A DNA stretch of 64,000 bases. It comes from Rubripirellula sp. (GTDB taxonomy: Bacteria; Planctomycetota; Planctomycetia; Pirellulales; Pirellulaceae). Shown here one piece after another: positions 11,701 to 21,046 of this stretch (the first letter of the stretch is position 1; the number at the start of each line of letters is the position of its first letter). The DNA lies in assembly GCA_965216875.1 (NCBI GenBank), contig OZ244207.1:1088001-1152000 (forward strand). Reading direction: 5' to 3'. Both the position numbers and the translations under genes were made by a program. Below the pieces are notes generated by a model. It made no database searches and was not told the origin of the DNA. It saw nothing but the letters and a program-made list of their open reading frames with translations.

Positions 11701-11869
11701 GTCGTTTGATGAGTTGTCGAGCGTTTACGATGAGGACGCCGAAGCAGCTCAGAAACTGATCGCCGTCGGCGCAACCGAAGCCAGCAAAGACGTTGCGCCA
11801 GCGGAACTCGCAGCGTGGACGATGCTGGTCAACCAATTGATGAACCTTGACGAAAACCTTAACAAATAG
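8705..11869 (+). CDS. Planctomycete cytochrome c / DUF1549 / DUF1553 (PSD1) protein with internal LamG-like domain
   Basis: Signal peptide; CYACH and CCQCHDHKFDP motifs; HWAF, WLDAARYGDTHG, RVTVNRFWQ, RTNTPLQAL; LamG-like WQHVLVTY...IYVDG. Confidence 0.92.
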   Translation: MRHAVLGCLVSFSLISPLIAEEPDSVDFTRDVLPILADRCYACHGVDAEAREADLRLDVREDAIDFGAIVAGEPDDSELIARVFTDDEDLIMPPKELKKPLSEEEKETLRRWVAEGATYKSHWAFDAPTKPELPEVSDASWAKNEIDHFVLKQLDDEGLVPAPPADAASLFRRIHLDITGLPPAPKDVQQFIADFDHDPDQAVSQWIDRLMELPAWGEHRARYWLDAARYGDTHGLHFDNYREMWLYRDWVIRSFNNNQTFDQFTIEQLAGDLLENPTTDQLVATGFQRCNITTNEGGTIAEENLANYASDRVQTFGWVYLGLTTNCCQCHDHKFDPLTMRDYYSLAAYFRNTTQGSHDGNSKDGRGPVIRVPTPEDKAILDKLPGQIDAAKGLVAKLRKEAEPEFKAWLSNASVESLQIPVDDLAFHLPLAEGQGKTLVAEVGADAAIELKNEVKWSDDGLIGPSVKIHSGGILTLGDYLNVDRGDSFSVGAWIRADNQRSTGVIARMDVENNFRGWDIFQQGNEIACHLIDSWPDNALKVTTTGKALKVKKWQHVLVTYNGSGKADGIKIYVDGKPQKTRVENKTLKPDATFKSDVPLKLGQRSSGPIFDGGSIQDLRFYSAVLSQQSVGQLAENGNLVKLLSKPADKRSDKDRDVLKNHYLTSNSEAFRTATAKLDALNGRRDEINKRSPVTHVQKEKMDSSAMANILMRGQYDKVGDEVSAGTPEMLHPIAENAPKNRLGLARWVVDPANPLTTRVTVNRFWQEVFGKGIVTTPEDFGVMGASPSHPELLDWLAVDFRENGWDVKRLFKQMMTSATYRQAAINTDAKDAADRDNALLSRGPRFRMDGEMIRDSALSASGLLSEKMYGPGVRPYQPDNIWNIVGLPGGDTRNYKQDTGENLYRRTIYSFWKRMAPPPNMETFNAPSREVCAVSRERTNTPLQALVTLNDPQFVEAARVLAEKAIASDDTFEARVDFAAQRLIGRSFKPIEMAILRASFDELSSVYDEDAEAAQKLIAVGATEASKDVAPAELAAWTMLVNQLMNLDENLNK

Positions 11870-11885
11870 CCACCGGATAAGTTCG

Positions 11886-13319
11886 ATGAATGATCTTGCA
11901 CAACAGTCGCGACGCGCATTCTTTGCACGCGGTGGAAGCCTGGTTGGCAGCGCCGCAATCTCCTCGCTGATGGCACAAAACGCTGTCGGACGCGAAGGGC
12001 TCGATTCCCTGCCTCACTTTGCGCCCAAGGCAAAGCGAGTGATCTATTTGCACATGGTCGGCGGCCCATCGCAGATGGACCTGTTCGACTACAAGCCAAA
12101 GATGCAGGAGTGGTACGACAAGGACCTGCCCGAGTCGATTCGCAATGGTCAACGTTTGACGACGATGACCAGCAAGCAGGCCCGTTTTCCCATCGCGCCG
12201 TCGAAATACAAATTCGGCGCAGCGGGCGAGTGTGGCATGATGATGAACACCGAGTTGCTTCCTAACTTGGCCAAGAAAGCCGACGAAATCTGTTGGATGC
12301 GATCGCTTCACACCGAAGCGATCAATCACGAGCCCGCCATCACTGCGATGCAAACAGGCAACCAAGTGACGGGACGACCATGTCTCGGATCATGGGCCTC
12401 TTATGGGCTCGGTTCAGAAAATGACAACCTGCCCGCGTTTGTGGTCCTTGTCGCAAAGCCGACGAACCAAGAGCAGGAGCAAGCAATCTCGGCGCGGCTT
12501 TGGAGCGCCGGTTACCTTTCCGGCGAACACGCGGGCGTTTCGTTCCGAAGTCAGGGCGATCCGATCCTCTACATCAACAATCCGCCAGGCGTTTCGGACC
12601 AAGTTCGACGCAAAACGATCGATAGCCTGAACAAGCTCAACGAGTTGAACTATCAATCGCTACGCGACCGCGAAACACTGACGCGAATGCAGCAATACGA
12701 GATGGCATTTCGTATGCAATCGAGTGTCCCGGAACTCACCGATTTTGCGTCCGAGTCCGAGTCGACCTTCGAGCTTTATGGCGAAGAGGCTCGCAAGCCA
12801 GGGACGTTTGCCAATTCGGCACTCATGGCTCGGCGGCTCGCGGAACGCGGTGTCCGCTTTATCCAGGTCTATCACAACAACTGGGACCATCACGCCAACG
12901 TCAACGCTCGGATGCCTTCACAATGCAAGGACGTCGATCGAGCCTGCTACGGGCTGCTCGAGGACTTGAAGCAACGCGGCATGTTGGACGAAACGCTGGT
13001 CATCTGGGGCGGCGAATTTGGGCGAACCATCTATTCGCAGGGTAATCTCAGCAAGACCAACTACGGTCGCGACCATCATCCACGTTGTTTCAGTATGTGG
13101 ATGGCTGGCGGCGGTGCACGTGGTGGAACGATCTACGGCGAGACGGATGACTTCAGTTACAACATCGTCGACAAACCGCTGCACATTCGCGACTTCCATG
13201 CCACGGTGCTCCACTTGCTCGGCATCGACCACGAGCGGTTCACGTTCAAGTTCCAAGGCCTCGACCAACGATTAACCGGCGTCGAAAAGGCACACGTGAT
13301 CCCCGAGTTGATCGTCTAA
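11886..13319 (+). CDS. DUF1501 domain protein (Tat-type signal)
   Basis: SRRAFF twin-Arg; AKRVIYLHMVGGPSQMDLFD, WDHH, WGGEFGRT, GRDHHP; lies directly after the PSD1 gene. Confidence 0.92.
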   Translation: MNDLAQQSRRAFFARGGSLVGSAAISSLMAQNAVGREGLDSLPHFAPKAKRVIYLHMVGGPSQMDLFDYKPKMQEWYDKDLPESIRNGQRLTTMTSKQARFPIAPSKYKFGAAGECGMMMNTELLPNLAKKADEICWMRSLHTEAINHEPAITAMQTGNQVTGRPCLGSWASYGLGSENDNLPAFVVLVAKPTNQEQEQAISARLWSAGYLSGEHAGVSFRSQGDPILYINNPPGVSDQVRRKTIDSLNKLNELNYQSLRDRETLTRMQQYEMAFRMQSSVPELTDFASESESTFELYGEEARKPGTFANSALMARRLAERGVRFIQVYHNNWDHHANVNARMPSQCKDVDRACYGLLEDLKQRGMLDETLVIWGGEFGRTIYSQGNLSKTNYGRDHHPRCFSMWMAGGGARGGTIYGETDDFSYNIVDKPLHIRDFHATVLHLLGIDHERFTFKFQGLDQRLTGVEKAHVIPELIV

Positions 13320-13324
13320 TTGAA

Positions 13325-13583
13325 GCCGGTCTTAACAAACGTCCTGAGCGGTGCTCGCGCAAGCGTCGGGCTTGGGAAGAGGCGAACCACGAATTGCACG
13401 GATCAAACGGATAAGAGATCCACAGTCCGTGAGCGGCAATGGCGCTAGCCGCCGGTCTTTCCAAACCACACGAGCCGTGCTCGCGCAAGCGGCCGGGCTT
13501 GGGAAGAGGCGAACCACGAATTGCACGGATCAAACGGATAAGAGATCCACATTCCGTGAGCGGCAATGGCGTTAGCCGCCGGT
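13325..13583 (+). repeat. Two tandem copies of a 126-bp composite repeat
   Basis: GTGCTCGCGCAAGCG at 13351 and 13477; each unit has AACCACGAATTGCACGGATCAAACGGATAAGAGATCCACA and GTGAGCGGCAATGGCGYTAGCCGCCGG. Confidence 0.92.
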
Positions 13584-13599
13584 GTCAAACTTCACGCAT

Positions 13600-14451
13600 C
13601 TATTTCAGCTTGATTTGCCAGGTTGAGATTTCGGTATCGATTGCAGGTAGTTCGCGATCAGTGGACCAGCAGATCGCGTTGACCAACATGCGAGTGAAAT
13701 CGAGTTCCGCAAAATCGTCAACATGACCCAGTGTGGTTGAAAAGACTCTTGCATTGAATTCGTTCGTCCATGTCCAGGCGATCACGTCGGCTTCGGATTC
13801 GTTGATTTGCACGACACCAAATGGCCGTTCGATTAACCGGGGACGTCCAGTGCCCTTCCCGACGAGCAACGGCCGGCAACCTGGCGCGAGTCGGGTCAAA
13901 TAGAGCTTGGCCGATGATTTCCACGGCTCGCGCGACAGCCCTTTCAATATCGGATGCTCGTCGTACTTTCTGACAATGCCAACTTCGGTCTTGCTCGCTT
14001 GATGCGCGATGTAGGGTGTTCCCAACACTCGCTCGCCAAACCCGTCGTTCCATTCATGACGTGGATGGGTGTCTGGGTACAGGAACGAGTGATTGGCGGT
14101 CCGCAATCCGATGACAGGCTTGCCCGAGCGAAGGTAACTTTCGATGTGTTCCCATTCGGAATCTGGGAGCTGAAGGAAACGCATGAAAAAGAGGGTCACG
14201 TCCGCATCTGCAATCTGCTCGATGCCTGGCAGCACATCTTCCCTGCGTTTTTCGGGGTCGCTCTTGGGCATCACTAGCGTCGTCGGGAAGCCCAGCCGCC
14301 GCAGTTCTTCGGCGAACAGAGGCATCGACTTGTGCGGCGAATAATGGTGAGTTCCAACAACGATCGCCACATGTGGCTTGTCATTGTCCGCAACAACGGT
14401 GCAGCTCAGCGCGAGCAGCAAGAACGAGCAAAAGCCAAGGCGTCGAAGCAT
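13600..14451 (-). CDS. Exported ThuA-like domain protein (class I glutamine amidotransferase-like fold)
   Basis: Signal peptide; GKPVIGLRTANHSF, HPILKG, RVFSTTLGH and MLVNAICW are typical of ThuA-like domains. Confidence 0.8.
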   Translation of the reverse strand: MLRRLGFCSFLLLALSCTVVADNDKPHVAIVVGTHHYSPHKSMPLFAEELRRLGFPTTLVMPKSDPEKRREDVLPGIEQIADADVTLFFMRFLQLPDSEWEHIESYLRSGKPVIGLRTANHSFLYPDTHPRHEWNDGFGERVLGTPYIAHQASKTEVGIVRKYDEHPILKGLSREPWKSSAKLYLTRLAPGCRPLLVGKGTGRPRLIERPFGVVQINESEADVIAWTWTNEFNARVFSTTLGHVDDFAELDFTRMLVNAICWSTDRELPAIDTEISTWQIKLK

Positions 14452-14544
14452 GAGAGACTCACTGTCAGCAGCATCAGGAGAGGACGCTGCTCATTGTACC
14501 CTGAAGCCTGAATACGCTCGGTTGGAAGCGATCGAAGGAGGAGC

Positions 14545-14838
14545 AAACCACGGATAACGCGGATCACACGGATAAGAGATCCACAGCCGGTGAGTGGCAA
14601 TAGTGCTAGCCGCCGGTCTTATAGGACCAAATGAGCCGTGATCGCGTAAGCGGCCGGGCCTGGGAGGAAGCGAACCACGAATTGCACGGATCAAACGAAT
14701 AAGAGATCCATAGCGGTGAGCGGCAATAATGATAGCCGCCGGTCTTACAGGATCACATGAGCGGCCGGGCCTTGAATGCGACCACTTGCACGTGGGGCAA
14801 GGGCTCGAGACCTCACTGCCGGCGGCTCACGAGCCGCT
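14545..14838 (+). repeat. Two further, more diverged copies of the ~126-bp composite repeat plus an inverted REP-B
   Basis: AACCACG...ATAAGAGATCCA at 14546 and 14673; TGAGCCGTGATCGCGTAAGCGGCCGGGCC at ~14632; GCCGGCGGCTCAC near 14818-14830. Confidence 0.85.
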
Positions 14839-14848
14839 AGCACATTCT

Positions 14849-15214
14849 CTATTCGGCTGGAGCCGTCTCGACCGGAACTGCGTCTTGAACAGGGATCAAA
14901 TCGGCTGTCGTCAGTTGCTTGTCGCCCACGGTGAAGATCACGAACAGAGCGACAAAGAAGAACGAGCCGAAGAAGATGAAGACGTTGAACGGTTTGTCGA
15001 ATGCAAGGTGCATGAAGAAGAACGCAACCAAGGCAGCCTTGAGCGTTGCGATCAACATCACGACAGCCACATCCCAGCTGCCCAGATCGAAGCTGGCTTG
15101 GCCAACCGTGATAAGGGTCAACACAACCAATGCGACAAACACGCCCAGCAGCATTGGGATTGGCATGGGGTGAGCGAAATCGTGACCGTCTTCGGAGTGA
15201 CCGTGATCAGACAT
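14849..15214 (-). CDS. ctaF: Cytochrome c oxidase subunit IV (prokaryotic)
   Basis: Three TM helices with IATLKAALVAFFFMHL; last gene of the cox cluster. Confidence 0.88.
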   Translation of the reverse strand: MSDHGHSEDGHDFAHPMPIPMLLGVFVALVVLTLITVGQASFDLGSWDVAVVMLIATLKAALVAFFFMHLAFDKPFNVFIFFGSFFFVALFVIFTVGDKQLTTADLIPVQDAVPVETAPAE

Positions 15215-15279
15215 AGGAAAAACCGATTACAAAATGTTCGTTAGTTCGAAAGGGTGACGCCTGCCGCTGATTCTGCGGG

Positions 15280-16527
15280 CTATCGGATCAAGTACATCAG
15301 CGGGAACAGGTAAATCCAAATCAAGTCGACAAGGTGCCAGTACAATCCGACGTAGTCGACGGGGCCGAAGTACTGTCGGTTAAAGTCCTTGCGAACCGAG
15401 CGGATCAGCAACCAAACCATGACGATGATACCGCCGATGATGTGGATCGCGTGGACACCGGTCATGCAGTAGTAAATTCCAAAGAAGACACCGGCGCGAC
15501 TCGGGGTCAGCACGTCTTCGTCAATCCGAGAGATCGCACCTGAGATTTCGTCCTTGTTGTAGACGATCGATCCACTTGCGTTGGCAGCTTGACGCTCAAG
15601 TGCGGCAATCTCGCTTTGAAGGCCGGAGTTGGTCGCTTCGCCAGCCAAGCGTTCTTTCACGGCAAAGTCGACTCCACCCGCTGCGGCTGCAGGCGCCGCT
15701 GCGTGTTCGGTCGCGTGCCCAGAGTCGTCATCGGCGTGACTTTCTTCCGATGCGTGTTCGTGGTCACCGTCATCGTCATGAGCGTGGCCATCGCCATCAG
15801 CATGTCCATCGCCATCCACGTGAGCGTGTTCAGCACCGTGAGCCGCGTGACCTTCGTCACCGCCGCTTTCGAGAACCATGCCGAGCCCAACGCCAACAAA
15901 GAAGCAAAGGGCGACGACCGTCAGAGGCTTGGCACACTCTTGGTGAAACTTGTTGCCGTTGATGTAGGAAACAACGAGCCAAATGATGGTGCCAATCGCA
16001 ACCAAGGCAAACGGTATGCAGATGTAGGTCAGGAAAGGCGGCCCGTCCGTCGGATGCGGGTTTGCTGGGTTGTAGGAGAACAGACCAGCAGGCAGCAGAC
16101 CCATGGTCCACTTGTGCGAGTATTCGATGGCTTTGACACCGAGGAAGATCATCGCACACGAGAGGGTCGTGGCGAGCATCGCGGTGGTGACCTTGTGCTG
16201 TTCGAGCTGCGAACTGCGTACGGCCCACGCCATGGTCAGCGAGCTGAACAGCAGGACCCCGGTGTTGATCGCACCGAGTTTGGTGTTCAAGAACTCACTG
16301 CAACCTTCGAACACGTCTGGACGCATCATGCGGAAGATCGCGTAGGCGCAAAACATGCCACTGAAGAACAAAACTTCCGTGACGAGGAACAACCAGATCC
16401 CCAGCTTTCCACTATCAAACTGTTGTTCGGGAGTGTCAAAGTGGTGAGCGAGCCACTCGGGATGATCGTGATGATCATCGTGGCTGTCGTGAGCTTGGGT
16501 ATCCGCGCTGGCTTCGGTCGTGGCCAT
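15280..16527 (-). CDS. ctaE: Cytochrome c oxidase subunit III with large His-rich insertion
   Basis: GIWLFLVTEVLFF, NTGVLLFSS, YYCMTGVHAIH and GLYWHLVDLIWIYLFP motifs. Confidence 0.92.
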   Translation of the reverse strand: MATTEASADTQAHDSHDDHHDHPEWLAHHFDTPEQQFDSGKLGIWLFLVTEVLFFSGMFCAYAIFRMMRPDVFEGCSEFLNTKLGAINTGVLLFSSLTMAWAVRSSQLEQHKVTTAMLATTLSCAMIFLGVKAIEYSHKWTMGLLPAGLFSYNPANPHPTDGPPFLTYICIPFALVAIGTIIWLVVSYINGNKFHQECAKPLTVVALCFFVGVGLGMVLESGGDEGHAAHGAEHAHVDGDGHADGDGHAHDDDGDHEHASEESHADDDSGHATEHAAAPAAAAGGVDFAVKERLAGEATNSGLQSEIAALERQAANASGSIVYNKDEISGAISRIDEDVLTPSRAGVFFGIYYCMTGVHAIHIIGGIIVMVWLLIRSVRKDFNRQYFGPVDYVGLYWHLVDLIWIYLFPLMYLIR

Positions 16528-16598
16528 GGATGTCAAAGTTACTGAAAGGAAAACGTTTAGTTCAATAAAGGCGATTGCTCGCCAGATTCTCTATCTGC

Positions 16599-18332
16599 TT
16601 AGCTGTCTGAATCAGCGTGAGCTGGCTGTTCGGCCGGCTGCTCTTCAGGAGCGATCTTGCGCTCGGGTTCCACGAAGACGTAGCGTTCGTTTTCGTTGTC
16701 CCAAAGCAGGTCATCAAAGTCGTACGGGTCGCCCACTGCAGGTGCACGTTCGAAATTGTAGAACGGCGGAGGACTGGTGCAGTGCCACTCGAGCGTTGCA
16801 CCACCCCATGGGTTGGCAGGAGCCTTTTTGCCGCGTAGCAGCGATTGGATCAACACGATCAGTGCCACAAGCAGGCCAACACCGAGGGTGAACGCGCCCC
16901 AGGAGCTGATCACGTGCAGGGTCTGGAATTCGGGGTCATAGGTCGCATATCGGCGAGGCATCCCGCGGCTTCCCAGAAGGAACTGTGGCAGGAAGGTCAT
17001 GTTGAATCCGATGAACACGATCACAGCCGAGACACGGCCGCCAAATTCGCTGTACATCTTGCCGAACATCTTCGGCCACCAGTGGAAGACGCCACCAAGG
17101 AAGGCGACGAGGGTTCCGCCGACCATCACGTAGTGGAAGTGAGCCACAACAAAGTAGGTGTCGTGCAGGTGCATGTCGGTCGCAAGCGTACCGAGGTGCA
17201 AGCCGGTCAAACCACCGATCGTGAACAGGAAGATGAACGAGATGGTGTAGCACATCGGCGTCGTCAGACTGATCGAGCCTTTGTACATCGTTGCGATCCA
17301 GTTAAACACCTTGATCGCCGACGGCACCGAAACGGTAAAGGTCAAAGCACTGAAGATCAAAGTCGTCAGAGTGCCCATGCCAGCGGTGAACATGTGGTGG
17401 CCCCAAACCAGGAAGCCAAGCAATGCAATCGCAAGCGAAGAGTAGGCGATGAAGCGGTATCCGAAGATGTGCTTGTGACTGTGGACGCTGACCAAGTCAC
17501 TGATCACACCAAAGGCCGGCAGAATCATGATGTACACAGCGGGGTGACTGTAGAACCAGAAGAAGTGCTGGAACGTCACCGGGTCGCCGTTGAATTCAGG
17601 ATCGAAGATCCCGATGTGCATCGTTCGCTCTGCGATCAAGAGCAGAAGCGTGATACCCAAAACAGGTGTTGCGAGGATCTGGATGATGCTGGTCGAGTAG
17701 GTCGCCCACAAGAACAGTGGCATGCGGAACCAGGTCATTCCTGGCGGACGCATGGTGTTGATCGTCACAACGAAGTTCAGGCCGGTGAAGATCGAGCTGA
17801 ATCCGAGGATGAACGCACCCAAGGTCGCGGCAATCACCGACGTGTCGGTCGTCGTACTGTACGGCGTGTAGAACGTCCAACCCGTATCGAGGCTACTTGC
17901 GAACAGGGCGGCAACAAAGAAGATCGCCCCGAACATCCAGAGGTAGAAACTACATAAGTTCAACCTCGGAAAGGCGACGTCCTTGGCCCCGAGCATCACC
18001 GGCACCAAGAAGTTACCCAAAGCTGCGGGAATACTTGGAATGATGAACAGGAACACCATGATCGCACCGTGCAATGTAAAGACACGGTTGTAGGCGTCGT
18101 TGGACATCGGTCCATCGGGCTGCATCAATTGCAGACGAATGCCGAGTGCCAGCAAGCCAGCGAATGCGAACGCCGAAGTCACACCGATCAGGTACATGAC
18201 TCCGATTCGCTTATGGTCAAGCGTGAACATCCAACTGAGGAACCCTTTCGAGTTCGTCAGGTAGTTTTCGCTTGCGGTCGGATAACCGGGATCACGAATG
18301 GTCGCATTCGAGGGTAGGGATCCGGCAGACAT
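16599..18332 (-). CDS. ctaD: Cytochrome c oxidase subunit I (A2-type heme-copper oxidase)
   Basis: [19 protein letters not shown] (YSHPxV = A2 signature), [18 protein letters not shown] and GMPRRY. Confidence 0.97.
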   Translation of the reverse strand: MSAGSLPSNATIRDPGYPTASENYLTNSKGFLSWMFTLDHKRIGVMYLIGVTSAFAFAGLLALGIRLQLMQPDGPMSNDAYNRVFTLHGAIMVFLFIIPSIPAALGNFLVPVMLGAKDVAFPRLNLCSFYLWMFGAIFFVAALFASSLDTGWTFYTPYSTTTDTSVIAATLGAFILGFSSIFTGLNFVVTINTMRPPGMTWFRMPLFLWATYSTSIIQILATPVLGITLLLLIAERTMHIGIFDPEFNGDPVTFQHFFWFYSHPAVYIMILPAFGVISDLVSVHSHKHIFGYRFIAYSSLAIALLGFLVWGHHMFTAGMGTLTTLIFSALTFTVSVPSAIKVFNWIATMYKGSISLTTPMCYTISFIFLFTIGGLTGLHLGTLATDMHLHDTYFVVAHFHYVMVGGTLVAFLGGVFHWWPKMFGKMYSEFGGRVSAVIVFIGFNMTFLPQFLLGSRGMPRRYATYDPEFQTLHVISSWGAFTLGVGLLVALIVLIQSLLRGKKAPANPWGGATLEWHCTSPPPFYNFERAPAVGDPYDFDDLLWDNENERYVFVEPERKIAPEEQPAEQPAHADSDS

Positions 18333-18399
18333 TTTGATCAACCTCTATAAGAACGCGTGATGCGTCAGTATGTACGTTTTCTTTGGTGTTGTTTTGTAT

Positions 18400-19653
18400 T
18401 TACTCGGCCGACTCGTCTTCGGTCGATTCTGCTTCCGCTTCGGCATCGCCGTCAGCTTCGTCACCTTCGCTGTCGCCTTTGGCGTCACTGGCTTTCTCGC
18501 GATCGGACTTTGGCGTCTTGTCCGAAATCGACTTCAGGAATTCGACGAGGCAGTGCAGGTCGTCATCGCTGAGCTGTCCCTTGAAGCTAGGCATCACAGG
18601 GGCGAATCCGGCGTGGACTTTGGCTTTCGGATAGATGATCGATTCGCGGACGTAGTTTTCGTCAACGGTAACCGACTCACCGGTATCGAGAGCGTGAGTG
18701 CTGCCGAACAAGTTTTCAAACGAGGGGCCGGTACGTTTTTCGCCATCGAGTGAGTGGCAACCACCACAACCGCGACGCTCGTACAGCAGCTTGCCGTATT
18801 CGGACGGTTCCATGCCGTCGGGACGTACGCTGTAGGCCTTGATCCATGCGTTCAAGTCTTCGAGAGTCTCGTGAACGACCACAACCGTTTGCATGATCGA
18901 GTGGTCTTTGCCGCAGTACTCGGCACAGTAGAGATCGTAGAAACGATAGCCATCCGGGGTGAATTGGTGGAGATCGTAGTTCCACGACAAGCCCGTTTCT
19001 TTCGTCCAAGCTTTCCCTTCAATACTCTTCTGCCAGTCAACGGCCTCTTTGACCTGTTCGTCACTGACCTTTTCGTTCGCCTTGGTCGGTTTGAACCACA
19101 TGTAGTTGTAGCGGCCGGGGACGACGTCACGCTTTGCGCGGAATGCGGGAACGTAAAGGCTGTGGAGCACGTCGCTCGACTGCATCGTCAACTTGGTTGG
19201 TTCATTGACCAAGATGTGCAATTCGGGGTGGATCGTGCCACGACCGTAGTCCATCGCCCAGCTCCATTTTTGAGCTTTGACTTGAACTTCGTTCGCTCCA
19301 TCAGGAATGGTGCGAATGTCAAGGAAGGCGTTGGCACCGAAGATGAACATCAGGATCAAGATCAGCGAAGGGCCGATCGACCATGCGAGTTCGAGTGGCG
19401 TGTTGTGCGAAACGTTACTTTCTGCCTTCTCTCCCTTCGGCTTCTTGTACTTCACTGCGAAGTAGAACAAGCAAACCGCGATTGGGATGAAGAAGATGAT
19501 CCCGACGATCGAGATGAAGTAGTAGAGCCAATCGATATCTTTGGCAAACGACGACGCAGCCTCTGGAAAGGACGCGAACGGGTCGTTGGTCGTTTCACCT
19601 GTGGTGGTGTAATCACCGAGCAGCGAGAAAGCGTTAGGAAACAAAGCAAACAT
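18400..19653 (-). CDS. ctaC: Cytochrome c oxidase subunit II with C-terminal cytochrome c (caa3 type)
   Basis: CuA ligands DVLHS...CAEYCGKDHSIM; heme c motif CGGCH with distal Met (PVMP). Confidence 0.95.
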   Translation of the reverse strand: MFALFPNAFSLLGDYTTTGETTNDPFASFPEAASSFAKDIDWLYYFISIVGIIFFIPIAVCLFYFAVKYKKPKGEKAESNVSHNTPLELAWSIGPSLILILMFIFGANAFLDIRTIPDGANEVQVKAQKWSWAMDYGRGTIHPELHILVNEPTKLTMQSSDVLHSLYVPAFRAKRDVVPGRYNYMWFKPTKANEKVSDEQVKEAVDWQKSIEGKAWTKETGLSWNYDLHQFTPDGYRFYDLYCAEYCGKDHSIMQTVVVVHETLEDLNAWIKAYSVRPDGMEPSEYGKLLYERRGCGGCHSLDGEKRTGPSFENLFGSTHALDTGESVTVDENYVRESIIYPKAKVHAGFAPVMPSFKGQLSDDDLHCLVEFLKSISDKTPKSDREKASDAKGDSEGDEADGDAEAEAESTEDESAE

Positions 19654-19707
19654 GTTCCGAAATCGATAAAAGGTTTCGCAAAAGTTGAATGGGTCTTTGG
19701 AAATGCG

Positions 19708-20673
19708 TTAGGCGACACCGGGCGAGGACGTCGCCTCGGGGGAGTTCTCCCCTGGATCGTCGCCAACAGCGTCTTCCGCTAGTTGGTTGGATCCCGGTGC
19801 ACCTTTGCGGCCGATCCAGTAGGGCACCAGGCAGGCCAATACAATTCCAATCGTTGCTGCTCCGCCGAGCCGCATCAGTTTCCATGCGACCAGCGAGTAG
19901 CTGTTTGTTGATTCGTCAAAAGTCGAGCACCACAGTATGAACTGGTCGACTGCGGTGCCTACGTTGCCATCGCCCGCTTCGACAAGTGCTTTACGCATTT
20001 GTTCGGGAGGGAAATCGACAGCGAGTGAATATCGGGTGATCACGCCTTCGGGTGAGACGAATGCCAACATCGCAGGATGGTAGTATTCGCCCGATTGGCG
20101 ATCGTATCGGTAACGGAAGCCGAGTGAATCGGTCAGCTTGGTGATGATGGGTTGCTTTGCAGTGCAAAACTCCCAGGCGTCATCGATGCCAGGCTGATCT
20201 TTTCGAAGCAGGTCCGTGTATTTCTTTTTGGTTTTGAGCGCCTTGTCGGGCGTTTCGCGCGGGTCGATGCTGACGCTTAGCATTTGGAAGTCTTCGCCCG
20301 CTTTCAGCTCGAGCTTGTGCAGCGAGATCGCCAAGTTGTCGAGCTGGACGCTGCACAACATTGGGCAATCGCTGTAGTTGAGCGTCACGATTGTGGGACG
20401 TTTGCCGTCGAAGTAGTAACCCGTTTTGACTGGCCGTCCCTTCGAGTCCTTCATCGGAAGGTTCAGAGGGATTTGGCCGCCGAGCTTTTGTTCAACGGTG
20501 ACATTTTTGAGTTTGTAAGGAACCGTGTTGCTAAGAGCGACGCCTTCGCTTGACGTTGGTAGTGGCCCTTGAGCCAAAGCGCAGCGATTGCTGTCACCGG
20601 CAATCGCAACGATTGCAAGCGTGAGAGAAAAGAGCAGTGTCCGGGATTTCCCGGTCGACAGCTCAAGTTTCAT
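19708..20673 (-). CDS. SCO family copper chaperone
   Basis: CPMLC (CxxxC), VSIDPRET and YYHPA His ligand; C-terminal TM. Start trimmed to MKLELS, overlapping the upstream stop. Confidence 0.88.
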   Translation of the reverse strand: MKLELSTGKSRTLLFSLTLAIVAIAGDSNRCALAQGPLPTSSEGVALSNTVPYKLKNVTVEQKLGGQIPLNLPMKDSKGRPVKTGYYFDGKRPTIVTLNYSDCPMLCSVQLDNLAISLHKLELKAGEDFQMLSVSIDPRETPDKALKTKKKYTDLLRKDQPGIDDAWEFCTAKQPIITKLTDSLGFRYRYDRQSGEYYHPAMLAFVSPEGVITRYSLAVDFPPEQMRKALVEAGDGNVGTAVDQFILWCSTFDESTNSYSLVAWKLMRLGGAATIGIVLACLVPYWIGRKGAPGSNQLAEDAVGDDPGENSPEATSSPGVA

Positions 20674-20989
20674 CAGCGTGCTCTTCGGTTTCGTTGTGGT
20701 CATGATCTTGGCCAGCATCATCTGCCAGCAACTTGATCGCTTGGTCAATTGGAATCGTGATGTTGCCGGTGTCGGCATCGACGCCATAGCTGGAAATCGA
20801 CGCTTGCTGCTCGCTCAGGTACAGGTTTTGGCGTTGGTAGTTGCTTTGAGCCGATTTGGCTTCGTCCTGCCATTGGAGCATCGAATACGACACCACTTGA
20901 ACCGCCAAAGCGGTCACTGCGACAACAACGACCGAGATGATCCCGGCGATGAAGATTCCTTTGACGTTTAGGTCGTCGTAAGCTGCCAT
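20663..20989 (-). CDS. Small single-TM protein of the ACIII operon (possible ActG-like subunit)
   Basis: One N-terminal TM; YGVDADTGNITIPIDQAIK resembles the small protein usually found between actF and sco. Call rests mainly on position. Confidence 0.6.
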   Translation of the reverse strand: MAAYDDLNVKGIFIAGIISVVVVAVTALAVQVVSYSMLQWQDEAKSAQSNYQRQNLYLSEQQASISSYGVDADTGNITIPIDQAIKLLADDAGQDHDHNETEEHADET

Positions 20990-21046
20990 GGTTTCAGTTT
21001 GGTTTCAGTTCGCAAAATGACGGTATAGACGCGTTTCCGCGGCCTT

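Noticed and set aside
13325..14773. 126-bp tandem units as a CRISPR array
   Set aside because: The whole unit is repeated with no unique spacers, only two copies per cluster, and no cas genes in the window.
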